The position numbers were made by a program, and so were the translations under genes. Below, one piece after another: positions 21,224-34,548 of a DNA stretch of 63,400 nucleotides (position 1 is its first letter; the number at the start of each line of letters is the position of its first letter). The DNA comes from Eledone cirrhosa (lineage: Eukaryota). The notes under the pieces were generated by a model. That model searched no databases and was not told where the DNA came from. It was given only the letters and a program-made list of their open reading frames with translations. The DNA lies in the NCBI GenBank assembly GCA_964016885.1, contig CAXHJY010001665.1:1-63400 (forward strand), written 5' to 3'.

Positions 21224-22562
21224 ATATATATCCACACACACATACCACCATAAAAACACATACAAACACCCACATGTATATATATATATATATATATATA
21301 TCCATATACACACACGTACATATATATACACATATATACATACATACATATATATACACACACACATAAAAAACAGACATGCACATATATATATATATAT
21401 ATATATTTTATTACTCTTATATATACACATATTATATATACATACACAACCTCACTTATACACATATACACATAAGTTATATTATAATAATAAAGAATAA
21501 TATACATATATATATATACATATACACATATATATATATATATATATATACATACATACATACACATACATACATACACATAAATACATACATACATAAA
21601 TACACACATACTAATAAAGACATATATTCACACATAGACACCTATATATATATATATATATATATATCTATATATATATATACATATATATATATATACA
21701 TATATATATACACACATACACACACACACACACACACAGACACACATACACACTCACATATATATATATATATATATGTGCATGTGTGTGTGCGCACATA
21801 CACATATATACACACACACATACAAACACACACAAACACATACATATGCATACGTGCACACACACACACATATATCACATAGATACGAAGATAAACATAT
21901 AAATAGAGAGACATACATATATATTCATACATAGACGCTTACAAATACAGATGATAATAGTATGGGGGAAAGGGGGGGTTTGGAGAAGGGGATCAAAGTA
22001 AATATATGTTTCAAGAAACATATAATATTTTCCGTATCTTAATTCAATGTATGTTCTTACATATTTTCAGTGCTAGGAAATACGAAATCTATGCATCTCA
22101 AAATAAATAAGTATACCATTAATCATATGTTAACTAAACCAAAGATAGCCAACATATTGATTTCTAAGGTGTAAATTAGTTAGGTTTATAATATTTGAAG
22201 CAGAATTTTGAAGTCAAACAGTAGTAGATTATTAATTACAATATAACTAAATTAAAGTTAATAACGTTATGGTATCAATATTAGGAGATGAATTTAGTAA
22301 TAGGGAAAAGAAACCCAAATAAAAATAAAATAAAGTATTACATCGGTAGTAGCATATAAATTATATGTTAACTAAATTAAAAATTATATATTTATTTCAA
22401 TAGTATACGTTAATTAGTATATGTTAATTAGGTATACAATACATAAAGCAGATATTGTATTTCATCAATAGCATAATATAATTATATGCAAATAGAAATC
22501 AAAATTAATACGCATACATATACATATACATACACATACACATATACATACATATACACACG

Positions 22563-22596
<34 letters not shown>

Positions 22597-23131
22597 CACA
22601 TATACACATACATACATACATACAGATACACATACACAACACACACATATACATACACATATACATATACATATCTTTTTCAAAAAATTGCACAGAATAT
22701 ATTAACTAGGTATATATCCAAAACACATCCCATTCTATGATTACATGACATTCTGCAATTCGTCTGTATAAGGATACTAATTATAAGCAAATTAAAATTA
22801 AAATTTTTAGGTTGATTAAAACTAAAACCAAATAATAAATATATTTCCAAAATGTATATTAATTATGTCTATAATACTAAAAATTATTTCTCCGTCATTG
22901 GAAACATGATATTATTTTGCTATATTTTATCTGTAAAAGAATTATAATAAAAGGTTTAAATAAATTAAAATTAATCTATAAATTAAATTACTAAGTATAT
23001 ATTAGTAATATTTAAAGGTTTTTCACAATTTATGATTACATAATATTTTCTCATCTGTAATAAAATATTAATTAAATTAAATTTATAGGTTAACTAACAT
23101 TTAAATTAAATTAATTTCTAGAATAATGTTA

Positions 23132-25573
23132 TTAATTAGGTTTATAATATTTAAATGTTTTTTTTAGTTTATGATTACACGATATAATTAATTCCTGTCG
23201 TTTATTTAATAAGATATCCTTAGACTTCATTATTTCAAATAGTTCTTGGGAACATAATCTACATTCCTTTCTATTATTTTGATAAGGGGTGGCTCTTTTG
23301 AGCACACTCCAGGTCAAATCATATTTTATATTCTTATTTTTATAACTATTGATTTTTTCTGCTAGAGATGTTGTATTAGCCAGTGCGGCATTTTTAAAAC
23401 TATGCTTGTGGGTATTAAACCTTGTCTTAAAATTGTTAGAGGTAGCTCCTATATATGAGCAAATAGAATCTTTAGTTTTAACATTACATTTATAGACTAT
23501 GTTGTTAACAAGACAATTCCCTTTTAATGGGCAGTTTGTTTTGTTTCTACAGTTACATCCTTTCGTTAATTCTGTATTTGAGGAGATATTATTGTTAATT
23601 TGATGTACTGGTGGTATACTTATGGTTTTCTTACATTTATATGCATTATATGCACTTATATTTTGTTTTATGTTATTTGTTGTAGAGTATGAGAATTTAA
23701 CTGTAGACCTATTTAAGATTTGATGGTATTTGTGGTTTGGCGGGAAGTTTTTCTCAAGGATATAAAAAAATTTTTTAGCAATATTATCCTTAACTTGTAA
23801 ATTAAAAGGAGCATTATACCAAGTAACTCGTCTATTACGGTTTCTATGTTGTTTATTATTTTTATTATTTTTATAGGTTGTATCATGATTTTTACTAGGA
23901 GGATTAATGTTAATGATCTCACCACAACTATTTTTAGTTATATTTGTAGATTTAGGTGTTTTATCTTTTTTATTAGGAGTTTTATTATTAATATTTATTA
24001 TAGTTGTATGATGAGTAGTTTTTTGAGGGTTACTATACTTTATATTAGAAGATTTAGTATTTTGGGGTATATTGTGGGTGGCATTAAGGTGTGTACTTTT
24101 CATTTGGTGTTTGTTGGTAATATTATGCTGTATGCTTTCAGTATTTTTAGTAGAAGGTATATACTCTAATCTATTTTTGTGGCCACTTCTATCTAGAGCT
24201 TCATTATAAAAGGTCGCATTTTTATCAAATACATCTTGGTTAGAAGAAAGGTTAGAAATTCTAAGTGATATATTATATGCAAGGTTTTTAAGGATAGATT
24301 TAGGGTGATTAGATTGTGAGTGTATGTAATGTAAGTTTTGGTTAGGTTTATGGTAAGGTTGGTATATACCCGTAGCTAAATCTAAAGTTATATCTAGGAA
24401 ATTTACTACTTTACTTGTTTTTTCAAAAGTAATATTAAGATTATAATAGTCTTTAAGGAAAGTTCTAATATGTTTTTTGTTTTTTTCGATTTCTGAAAGG
24501 CTAAGGTTGTTAGAAAGAAGAAGACAGTCATCACGATATAAACCACCTTTGAGGTGGGGAAAAGAGGCATTTATGTTGAAAAGGAGAAAGAGGCCCACAA
24601 GATCAGTAATTTGGGCGGAATCGCTTGAACCCATAGTAATATCAAAAAGATTACTGTATGTGTTTCTGGTCCAGTATTCATTCTGAAATTCAATAAGTGT
24701 TAGTCTAGCATGTGTAATAATGTTAATGTCATCCGAAGTTAAATTAGATCTATTTTTAGCAAATATTAATGCTTTGTTCAGGAGTATAGGTGATATAGAA
24801 GAATAGTAATTATCTATATCAAATTGTAGGAAAGAAGCAGAAGATTTACACCTAATATTTTTAAACCAGTTAATTACCTGGGAGGTGTTTTCCCAGAGTG
24901 GTAAAATAACGTGTTTTCTTATTTGTGGGATGACTCTATCTAAAATTTTTTTGCTAATTATTCCAATATCTGATTTGGAGGGACATATAAGTCTAATAGA
25001 AGGATTAGAGTTAAAGTTAGATTTGTGATCTTTCAGGTTGAAGTGTGGTCTTTTCAATGCCAAAGGTTCAGTTCTATCTTCAATGTTTAGTTTTTTTACT
25101 ATGTTGTGTGTTTTGTTGTTGATGTTGGTGAGTGACACATTATTAGATTTTTTATAATTTTTTCTGAGTTCTTTATATATGAACTCATTATAATGTTCAA
25201 TATCCATATGATACAAGTTACCAGTTTTGTCCGAGTGGACATGGATTTTTTTAGACTTTTTTAGGTCCAATAGGGTAGAATCAAGGTCCTTTTGAAAGAC
25301 GGATTTATACTTTTTAAATTTGAGGTGTTTAATTAAATTAAAAAGGTCTTTCTCGAAGTCTTCAAGTAAAAAGTTGTGTGGTGGATTCTTGTAAGTATTG
25401 AAATCATACATATATTTCCGATCTGCTTTTTTAGATTTCCTATCGAAGTGGTAGGCTCTCCATCTAACCCTTCTGATAAAATTATTAGTTTTCTGAATCA
25501 TAAGGAGTAAGAAGTCGTCCTTAGAAGGTATTGGTATGTTTTTTAAGGAGGTTCCTAAATATTGTTTTTCCAT
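23132..25573 (-). CDS. Naiad-type PLE RT/GIY-YIG polyprotein, 813 aa from ATG (unit A)
   Basis: SLKNIP, SDKT, QFDID, GLYRDD, CNCRNKTNCPLKGNC, IVY-YIG and CRLC motifs; intact. Confidence 0.95.
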   Translation of the reverse strand: MEKQYLGTSLKNIPIPSKDDFLLLMIQKTNNFIRRVRWRAYHFDRKSKKADRKYMYDFNTYKNPPHNFLLEDFEKDLFNLIKHLKFKKYKSVFQKDLDSTLLDLKKSKKIHVHSDKTGNLYHMDIEHYNEFIYKELRKNYKKSNNVSLTNINNKTHNIVKKLNIEDRTEPLALKRPHFNLKDHKSNFNSNPSIRLICPSKSDIGIISKKILDRVIPQIRKHVILPLWENTSQVINWFKNIRCKSSASFLQFDIDNYYSSISPILLNKALIFAKNRSNLTSDDINIITHARLTLIEFQNEYWTRNTYSNLFDITMGSSDSAQITDLVGLFLLFNINASFPHLKGGLYRDDCLLLSNNLSLSEIEKNKKHIRTFLKDYYNLNITFEKTSKVVNFLDITLDLATGIYQPYHKPNQNLHYIHSQSNHPKSILKNLAYNISLRISNLSSNQDVFDKNATFYNEALDRSGHKNRLEYIPSTKNTESIQHNITNKHQMKSTHLNATHNIPQNTKSSNIKYSNPQKTTHHTTIININNKTPNKKDKTPKSTNITKNSCGEIININPPSKNHDTTYKNNKNNKQHRNRNRRVTWYNAPFNLQVKDNIAKKFFYILEKNFPPNHKYHQILNRSTVKFSYSTTNNIKQNISAYNAYKCKKTISIPPVHQINNNISSNTELTKGCNCRNKTNCPLKGNCLVNNIVYKCNVKTKDSICSYIGATSNNFKTRFNTHKHSFKNAALANTTSLAEKINSYKNKNIKYDLTWSVLKRATPYQNNRKECRLCSQELFEIMKSKDILLNKRQELIISCNHKLKKTFKYYKPN

Positions 25574-25915
25574 TGTGATATGGATGATGGACAATTGAAA
25601 GAGCTCAACTAAATGTATATGGGTTTACAAAATCATACATATATATATGTTTATACATAAATATAAAATTAATACACACATACAGTACAAAAATACGAAT
25701 ATTTCCGTGAAAATAGGAGCAAAATTATGTAGATAAATCTACCAAGAGTTTACGGTAGTGTCCAATCCGTATGAAGAACTCAATGTATTCCGGATATCAT
25801 GGAAAGAAGAGATGCGATGAAAATCCACTTTCGGTGAAAGACAAACGGTATACAGAGTCAAGATAAAATATTAAACAAATAATGAATAAACAATTCCTTA
25901 TATTAAACAAAAAAA

Positions 25916-26070
25916 TTCATTATTTAACGATCGTTTCTAGGGTATATATGTGTTATAATTGGTATGCATATTCAACAGATCTATGTACAAAATTATACAA
26001 AATTATACAAATTATCAAGATTAAATATACATACCTAACACATATATACGCCGTCTTCAGAAATAATGAA
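25916..26070 (-). ncRNA. Hammerhead ribozyme with extended stem II
   Basis: Reverse complement of 31610-31764. Confidence 0.75.
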
Positions 26071-26526
26071 GTATATTTATTGATAATAACAACAATTCAA
26101 AATATCAGTTCAAAATTGACCAATGAAAACACAAAGGGTTAAAAGCAGTTCGGTGTGTGTATATACATGTAAAATCCTTACACATATTTTACAAAAATGT
26201 GTGTATAATTTGTATACGCATACTAAAAAGATGGATGCAAACACAAAATTTCAAGGTTAATATCTCTGTAAGCTTTATGCGCTGATAAGATGCACATTGA
26301 TACTTATGGAGTCAAGCATATAAATATATTTTTTCATACTCACACATATCAGTATAATCACACATACATGCGCGTATATGCATAAATATACACATAACCA
26401 CGAACATACAAACACACACACTCCCCCACTCACATTTATATATGTGGATATAAAATCATAAGCACATAGAAATTAAATCACTCACATAAAACACTGGCAC
26501 ACACATTTCAAGATCAAGATACAGAA

Positions 26527-28251
26527 ATTAGGTGTAAATCTTCTGCTTCTTTCCTACAATTTGATATAGATAATTACTATTCTTCTATATCACCTATACT
26601 CCTGAACAAAGCATTAATATTTGCTAAAAATAGATCTAATTTAACTTCGGATGACATTAACATTATTACACATGCTAGACTAACACTTATTGAATTTCAG
26701 AATGAATACTGGACCAGAAACACATACAGTAATCTTTTTGATATTACTATGGGTTCAAGCGATTCCGCCCAAATTACTGATCTTGTGGGCCTCTTTCTCC
26801 TTTTCAACATAAATGCCTCTTTTCCCCACCTCAAAGGTGGTTTATATCGTGATGACTGTCTTCTTCTTTCTAACAACCTTAGCCTTTCAGAAATCGAAAA
26901 AAACAAAAAACATATTAGAACTTTCCTTAAAGACTATTATAATCTTAATATTACTTTTGAAAAAACAAGTAAAGTAGTAAATTTCCTAGATATAACTTTA
27001 GATTTAGCTACGGGTATATACCAACCTTACCATAAACCTAACCAAAACTTACATTACATACACTCACAATCTAATCACCCTAAATCTATCCTTAAAAACC
27101 TTGCATATAATATATCACTTAGAATTTCTAACCTTTCTTCTAACCAAGATGTATTTGATAAAAATGCGACCTTTTATAATGAAGCTCTAGATAGAAGTGG
27201 CCACAAAAATAGATTAGAGTATATACCTTCTACTAAAAATACTGAAAGCATACAGCATAATATTACCAACAAACACCAAATGAAAAGTACACACCTAAAT
27301 GCCACCCACAATATACCCCAAAATACTAAATCTTCTAATATAAAGTATAGTAACCCTCAAAAAACTACTCATCATACAACTATAATAAATATTAATAATA
27401 AAACTCCTAATAAAAAAGATAAAACACCTAAATCTACAAATATAACTAAAAATAGTTGTGGTGAGATCATTAACATTAATCCTCCTAGTAAAAATCATGA
27501 TACAACCTATAAAAATAATAAAAATAATAAACAACATAGAAACCGTAATAGACGAGTTACTTGGTATAATGCTCCTTTTAATTTAAAAGTTAAGGATAAT
27601 ATTGCTAAAAAATTTTTTTATATCCTTGAGAAAAACTTCCCGCCAAACCACAAATACCATCAAATCTTAAATAGGTCTACAGTTAAATTCTCATACTCTA
27701 CAACAAATAACATAAAACAAAATATAAGTGCATATAATGCATATAAATGTAAGAAAACCATAAGTATACCACCAGTACATCAAATTAACAATAATATCTC
27801 CTCAAATACAGAATTAACGAAAGGATGTAACTGTAGAAACAAAACAAACTGCCCATTAAAAGGGAATTGTCTTGTTAACAACATAGTCTATAAATGTAAT
27901 GTTAAAACTAAAGATTCTATTTGCTCATATATAGGAGCTACCTCTAACAATTTTAAGACAAGGTTTAATACCCACAAGCATAGTTTTAAAAATGCCGCAC
28001 TGGCTAATACAACATCTCTAGCAGAAAAAATCAATAGTTATAAAAATAAGAATATAAAATATGATTTGACCTGGAGTGTGCTCAAAAGAGCCACCCCTTA
28101 TCAAAATAATAGAAAGGAATGTAGATTATGTTCCCAAGAACTATTTGAAATAATGAAGTCTAAGGATATCTTATTAAATAAACGACAGGAATTAATTATA
28201 TCGTGTAATCATAAACTAAAAAAAACATTTAAATATTATAAACCTAATTAA
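26527..28251 (+). pseudogene. 5'-truncated copy of the same ORF (unit B), starting at the inversion junction
   Basis: Begins at IRCKSS; one Q>K change (FNLKVK). Confidence 0.92.
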
Positions 28252-28786
28252 TAACATTATTCTAGAAATTAATTTAATTTAAATGTTAGTTAACCTATAA
28301 ATTTAATTTAATTAATATTTTATTACAGATGAGAAAATATTATGTAATCATAAATTGTGAAAAACCTTTAAATATTACTAATATATACTTAGTAATTTAA
28401 TTTATAGATTAATTTTAATTTATTTAAACCTTTTATTATAATTCTTTTACAGATAAAATATAGCAAAATAATATCATGTTTCCAATGACGGAGAAATAAT
28501 TTTTAGTATTATAGACATAATTAATATACATTTTGGAAATATATTTATTATTTGGTTTTAGTTTTAATCAACCTAAAAATTTTAATTTTAATTTGCTTAT
28601 AATTAGTATCCTTATACAGACGAATTGCAGAATGTCATGTAATCATAGAATGGGATGTGTTTTGGATATATACCTAGTTAATATATTCTGTGCAATTTTT
28701 TGAAAAAGATATGTATATGTATATGTGTATGTATATGTGTGTGTTGTGTATGTGTATCTGTATGTATGTATGTATGTGTATATGTG

Positions 28787-28823
<37 letters not shown>

Positions 28824-29449
28824 GTGTGTATATGTATGTATATGTGTATGTGTATGTATATGTATATGTATGCGTATTAATTTTGATTTCTATTTGCATA
28901 TAATTATATTATGCTATTGATGAAATACAATATCTGCTTTATGTATTGTATACCTAATTAACATATACTAATTAACGTATACTATTGAAATAAATATATA
29001 ATTTTTAATTTAGTTAACATATAATTTATATGCTACTACCGATGTAATACTTTATTTTATTTTTATTTGGGTTTCTTTTCCCTATTACTAAATTCATCTC
29101 CTAATATTGATACCATAACGTTATTAACTTTAATTTAGTTATATTGTAATTAATAATCTACTACTGTTTGACTTCAAAATTCTGCTTCAAATATTATAAA
29201 CCTAACTAATTTACACCTTAGAAATCAATATGTTGGCTATCTTTGGTTTAGTTAACATATGATTAATGGTATACTTATTTATTTTGAGATGCATAGATTT
29301 CGTATTTCCTAGCACTGAAAACATGTAAGAACATACATTGAATTAAGATACGGAAAATATTATATGTTTCTTGAAACATATATTTACTTTGATCCCCTTC
29401 TCCAAACCCCCCCTTTCCCCCATACTATTATCATCTGTATTTGTAAGCG

Positions 29450-30161
29450 TCTATGTATGAATATATATGTATGTCTCTCTATTTATATGTTTATCTTCGT
29501 ATCTATGTGATATATGTGTGTGTGTGTGCACGTATGCATATGTATGTGTTTGTGTGTGTTTGTATGTGTGTGTGTATATATGTGTATGTGCGCACACACA
29601 CATGCACATATATATATATATATATATGTGAGTGTGTATGTGTGTCTGTGTGTGTGTGTGTGTGTGTATGTGTGTATATATATATGTATATATATATATA
29701 TGTATATATATATATAGATATATATATATATATATATATATAGGTGTCTATGTGTGAATATATGTCTTTATTAGTATGTGTGTATTTATGTATGTATGTA
29801 TTTATGTGTATGTATGTATGTGTATGTATGTATGTATATATATATATATATATATATGTGTATATGTATATATATATATGTATATTATTCTTTATTATTA
29901 TAATATAACTTATGTGTATATGTGTATAAGTGAGGTTGTGTATGTATATATAATATGTGTATATATAAGAGTAATAAAATATATATATATATATATATAT
30001 GTGCATGTCTGTTTTTTATGTGTGTGTGTATATATATGTATGTATGTATATATGTGTATATATATGTACGTGTGTGTATATGGATATATATATATATATA
30101 TATATATACATGTGGGTGTTTGTATGTGTTTTTATGGTGGTATGTGTGTGTGGATATATAT

Positions 30162-30202
<41 letters not shown>

Positions 30203-30208
30203 AGTCTA

Positions 30209-30259
<51 letters not shown>

Positions 30260-30599
30260 ATATATGTGTGTGTATGTATATATATGTGTGTGTGTATGTG
30301 TATATATATATATATATATATCTCTATTAATGCGTGTGTGTATGTATATACATATGCTTTTTTATTATTTTTTATTATTATCTTTATTTGTATGTCTGAG
30401 TTTGGTGAGGTTGTATTGTTTTTTATGTATATACACATTTATGGAAGCGTATGTATTTATATATATGAGTATAAGTAGGTGCATATGTATGTAGGATTAT
30501 ATATCTAATTCTGTGTATGAAGGTACATCTATATATATATATATATATATATACGTGTGTATGTAAGTTGTGTGTGTATGTATCTATATGTCTATGTGA

Positions 30600-30639
<40 letters not shown>

Positions 30640-30738
30640 CGATGTGCGTATATGTATGTACATGTATGTACATGTATGTGTGTATGTATGTGTATGTATA
30701 TTTAGATGTATGTGTATGTATATGTATATGTATGTATA

Positions 30739-30783
<45 letters not shown>

Positions 30784-31030
30784 ATGTATATATATGTGGA
30801 TATATATCTTTATTATCTATTTTTTTTATATATATGTGTATGTGTGTATGTGTTGCGCGTGTGTGTGTGTGTATATATATATCTTTTTATATGTGTATGT
30901 GTATGTTCGTGTAAGTGTATGTGTGTGTATGACTGTATATGTATGTGTGTATGTGTGTATGCGTAAATATCTCTATGTGTGCGTACATGTATGTATGTGT
31001 GTTTATATATCTGTATGTGTGTATATATAT
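29450..31030 (+). repeat. Complex (TA)/(TG)/(TATG) microsatellite block within the PLE 3' UTR, present in every unit
   Basis: Equivalent blocks at ~20360-21935 (-), 35750-37320, 42045-43620 and 48345-49915. Confidence 0.93.
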
Positions 31031-31609
31031 TATATTATAGTTATTATATTTTATTGTTTTATTTTTTTATTTTTCTTAATTTATAGATACATTTATATTA
31101 GGCAGTCTGCTCAGACAATTGAATACTGACCCCTCCCCCCCCTCCCACCTAATTTCTGTATCTTGATCTTGAAATGTGTGTGCCAGTGTTTTATGTGAGT
31201 GATTTAATTTCTATGTGCTTATGATTTTATATCCACATATATAAATGTGAGTGGGGGAGTGTGTGTGTTTGTATGTTCGTGGTTATGTGTATATTTATGC
31301 ATATACGCGCATGTATGTGTGATTATACTGATATGTGTGAGTATGAAAAAATATATTTATATGCTTGACTCCATAAGTATCAATGTGCATCTTATCAGCG
31401 CATAAAGCTTACAGAGATATTAACCTTGAAATTTTGTGTTTGCATCCATCTTTTTAGTATGCGTATACAAATTATACACACATTTTTGTAAAATATGTGT
31501 AAGGATTTTACATGTATATACACACACCGAACTGCTTTTAACCCTTTGTGTTTTCATTGGTCAATTTTGAACTGATATTTTGAATTGTTGTTATTATCAA
31601 TAAATATAC

Positions 31610-31764
31610 TTCATTATTTCTGAAGACGGCGTATATATGTGTTAGGTATGTATATTTAATCTTGATAATTTGTATAATTTTGTATAATTTTGTACATAGA
31701 TCTGTTGAATATGCATACCAATTATAACACATATATACCCTAGAAACGATCGTTAAATAATGAA
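31610..31764 (+). ncRNA. Hammerhead ribozyme with ~115-nt extended stem II
   Basis: Stem I TTCATTATTT/AAATAATGAA (10 bp); CTGAAGA; long hairpin; GAAAC-gatc-GTT. Confidence 0.78.
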
Positions 31765-32106
31765 TTTTTTTGTTTAATATAAGGAATTGTTTATTCATTA
31801 TTTGTTTAATATTTTATCTTGACTCTGTATACCGTTTGTCTTTCACCGAAAGTGGATTTTCATCGCATCTCTTCTTTCCATGATATCCGGAATACATTGA
31901 GTTCTTCATACGGATTGGACACTACCGTAAACTCTTGGTAGATTTATCTACATAATTTTGCTCCTATTTTCACGGAAATATTCGTATTTTTGTACTGTAT
32001 GTGTGTATTAATTTTATATTTATGTATAAACATATATATATGTATGATTTTGTAAACCCATATACATTTAGTTGAGCTCTTTCAATTGTCCATCATCCAT
32101 ATCACA

Positions 32107-34548
32107 ATGGAAAAACAATATTTAGGAACCTCCTTAAAAAACATACCAATACCTTCTAAGGACGACTTCTTACTCCTTATGATTCAGAAAACTAATAATT
32201 TTATCAGAAGGGTTAGATGGAGAGCCTACCACTTCGATAGGAAATCTAAAAAAGCAGATCGGAAATATATGTATGATTTCAATACTTACAAGAATCCACC
32301 ACACAACTTTTTACTTGAAGACTTCGAGAAAGACCTTTTTAATTTAATTAAACACCTCAAATTTAAAAAGTATAAATCCGTCTTTCAAAAGGACCTTGAT
32401 TCTACCCTATTGGACCTAAAAAAGTCTAAAAAAATCCATGTCCACTCGGACAAAACTGGTAACTTGTATCATATGGATATTGAACATTATAATGAGTTCA
32501 TATATAAAGAACTCAGAAAAAATTATAAAAAATCTAATAATGTGTCACTCACCAACATCAACAACAAAACACACAACATAGTAAAAAAACTAAACATTGA
32601 AGATAGAACTGAACCTTTGGCATTGAAAAGACCACACTTCAACCTGAAAGATCACAAATCTAACTTTAACTCTAATCCTTCTATTAGACTTATATGTCCC
32701 TCCAAATCAGATATTGGAATAATTAGCAAAAAAATTTTAGATAGAGTCATCCCACAAATAAGAAAACACGTTATTTTACCACTCTGGGAAAACACCTCCC
32801 AGGTAATTAACTGGTTTAAAAATATTAGGTGTAAATCTTCTGCTTCTTTCCTACAATTTGATATAGATAATTACTATTCTTCTATATCACCTATACTCCT
32901 GAACAAAGCATTAATATTTGCTAAAAATAGATCTAATTTAACTTCGGATGACATTAACATTATTACACATGCTAGACTAACACTTATTGAATTTCAGAAT
33001 GAATACTGGACCAGAAACACATACAGTAATCTTTTTGATATTACTATGGGTTCAAGCGATTCCGCCCAAATTACTGATCTTGTGGGCCTCTTTCTCCTTT
33101 TCAACATAAATGCCTCTTTTCCCCACCTCAAAGGTGGTTTATATCGTGATGACTGTCTTCTTCTTTCTAACAACCTTAGCCTTTCAGAAATCGAAAAAAA
33201 CAAAAAACATATTAGAACTTTCCTTAAAGACTATTATAATCTTAATATTACTTTTGAAAAAACAAGTAAAGTAGTAAATTTCCTAGATATAACTTTAGAT
33301 TTAGCTACGGGTATATACCAACCTTACCATAAACCTAACCAAAACTTACATTACATACACTCACAATCTAATCACCCTAAATCTATCCTTAAAAACCTTG
33401 CATATAATATATCACTTAGAATTTCTAACCTTTCTTCTAACCAAGATGTATTTGATAAAAATGCGACCTTTTATAATGAAGCTCTAGATAGAAGTGGCCA
33501 CAAAAATAGATTAGAGTATATACCTTCTACTAAAAATACTGAAAGCATACAGCATAATATTACCAACAAACACCAAATGAAAAGTACACACCTTAATGCC
33601 ACCCACAATATACCCCAAAATACTAAATCTTCTAATATAAAGTATAGTAACCCTCAAAAAACTACTCATCATACAACTATAATAAATATTAATAATAAAA
33701 CTCCTAATAAAAAAGATAAAACACCTAAATCTACAAATATAACTAAAAATAGTTGTGGTGAGATCATTAACATTAATCCTCCTAGTAAAAATCATGATAC
33801 AACCTATAAAAATAATAAAAATAATAAACAACATAGAAACCGTAATAGACGAGTTACTTGGTATAATGCTCCTTTTAATTTACAAGTTAAGGATAATATT
33901 GCTAAAAAATTTTTTTATATCCTTGAGAAAAACTTCCCGCCAAACCACAAATACCATCAAATCTTAAATAGGTCTACAGTTAAATTCTCATACTCTACAA
34001 CAAATAACATAAAACAAAATATAAGTGCATATAATGCATATAAATGTAAGAAAACCATAAGTATACCACCAGTACATCAAATTAACAATAATATCTCCTC
34101 AAATACAGAATTAACGAAAGGATGTAACTGTAGAAACAAAACAAACTGCCCATTAAAAGGGAATTGTCTTGTTAACAACATAGTCTATAAATGTAATGTT
34201 AAAACTAAAGATTCTATTTGCTCATATATAGGAGCTACCTCTAACAATTTTAAGACAAGGTTTAATACCCACAAGCATAGTTTTAAAAATGCCGCACTGG
34301 CTAATACAACATCTCTAGCAGAAAAAATCAATAGTTATAAAAATAAGAATATAAAATATGATTTGACCTGGAGTGTGCTCAAAAGAGCCACCCCTTATCA
34401 AAATAATAGAAAGGAATGTAGATTATGTTCCCAAGAACTATTTGAAATAATGAAGTCTAAGGATATCTTATTAAATAAACGACAGGAATTAATTATATCG
34501 TGTAATCATAAACTAAAAAAAACATTTAAATATTATAAACCTAATTAA
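32107..34548 (+). CDS. Naiad-type PLE RT/GIY-YIG polyprotein (unit C)
   Basis: Intact; protein identical to unit A. Confidence 0.95.
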   Translation: MEKQYLGTSLKNIPIPSKDDFLLLMIQKTNNFIRRVRWRAYHFDRKSKKADRKYMYDFNTYKNPPHNFLLEDFEKDLFNLIKHLKFKKYKSVFQKDLDSTLLDLKKSKKIHVHSDKTGNLYHMDIEHYNEFIYKELRKNYKKSNNVSLTNINNKTHNIVKKLNIEDRTEPLALKRPHFNLKDHKSNFNSNPSIRLICPSKSDIGIISKKILDRVIPQIRKHVILPLWENTSQVINWFKNIRCKSSASFLQFDIDNYYSSISPILLNKALIFAKNRSNLTSDDINIITHARLTLIEFQNEYWTRNTYSNLFDITMGSSDSAQITDLVGLFLLFNINASFPHLKGGLYRDDCLLLSNNLSLSEIEKNKKHIRTFLKDYYNLNITFEKTSKVVNFLDITLDLATGIYQPYHKPNQNLHYIHSQSNHPKSILKNLAYNISLRISNLSSNQDVFDKNATFYNEALDRSGHKNRLEYIPSTKNTESIQHNITNKHQMKSTHLNATHNIPQNTKSSNIKYSNPQKTTHHTTIININNKTPNKKDKTPKSTNITKNSCGEIININPPSKNHDTTYKNNKNNKQHRNRNRRVTWYNAPFNLQVKDNIAKKFFYILEKNFPPNHKYHQILNRSTVKFSYSTTNNIKQNISAYNAYKCKKTISIPPVHQINNNISSNTELTKGCNCRNKTNCPLKGNCLVNNIVYKCNVKTKDSICSYIGATSNNFKTRFNTHKHSFKNAALANTTSLAEKINSYKNKNIKYDLTWSVLKRATPYQNNRKECRLCSQELFEIMKSKDILLNKRQELIISCNHKLKKTFKYYKPN

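Noticed and set aside
31538-31798. 86-aa antisense ORF repeated in every unit
   Set aside because: Antisense to the HHR region, no motif; it recurs only because the units are copies.
32107-34548. Selenoprotein-type Naiad (in-frame TGA)
   Set aside because: The 813-aa ORF is open with ordinary Cys codons and ends in TAA. The repaired 1b ORF ends in TAG, and its only break is a frameshift.
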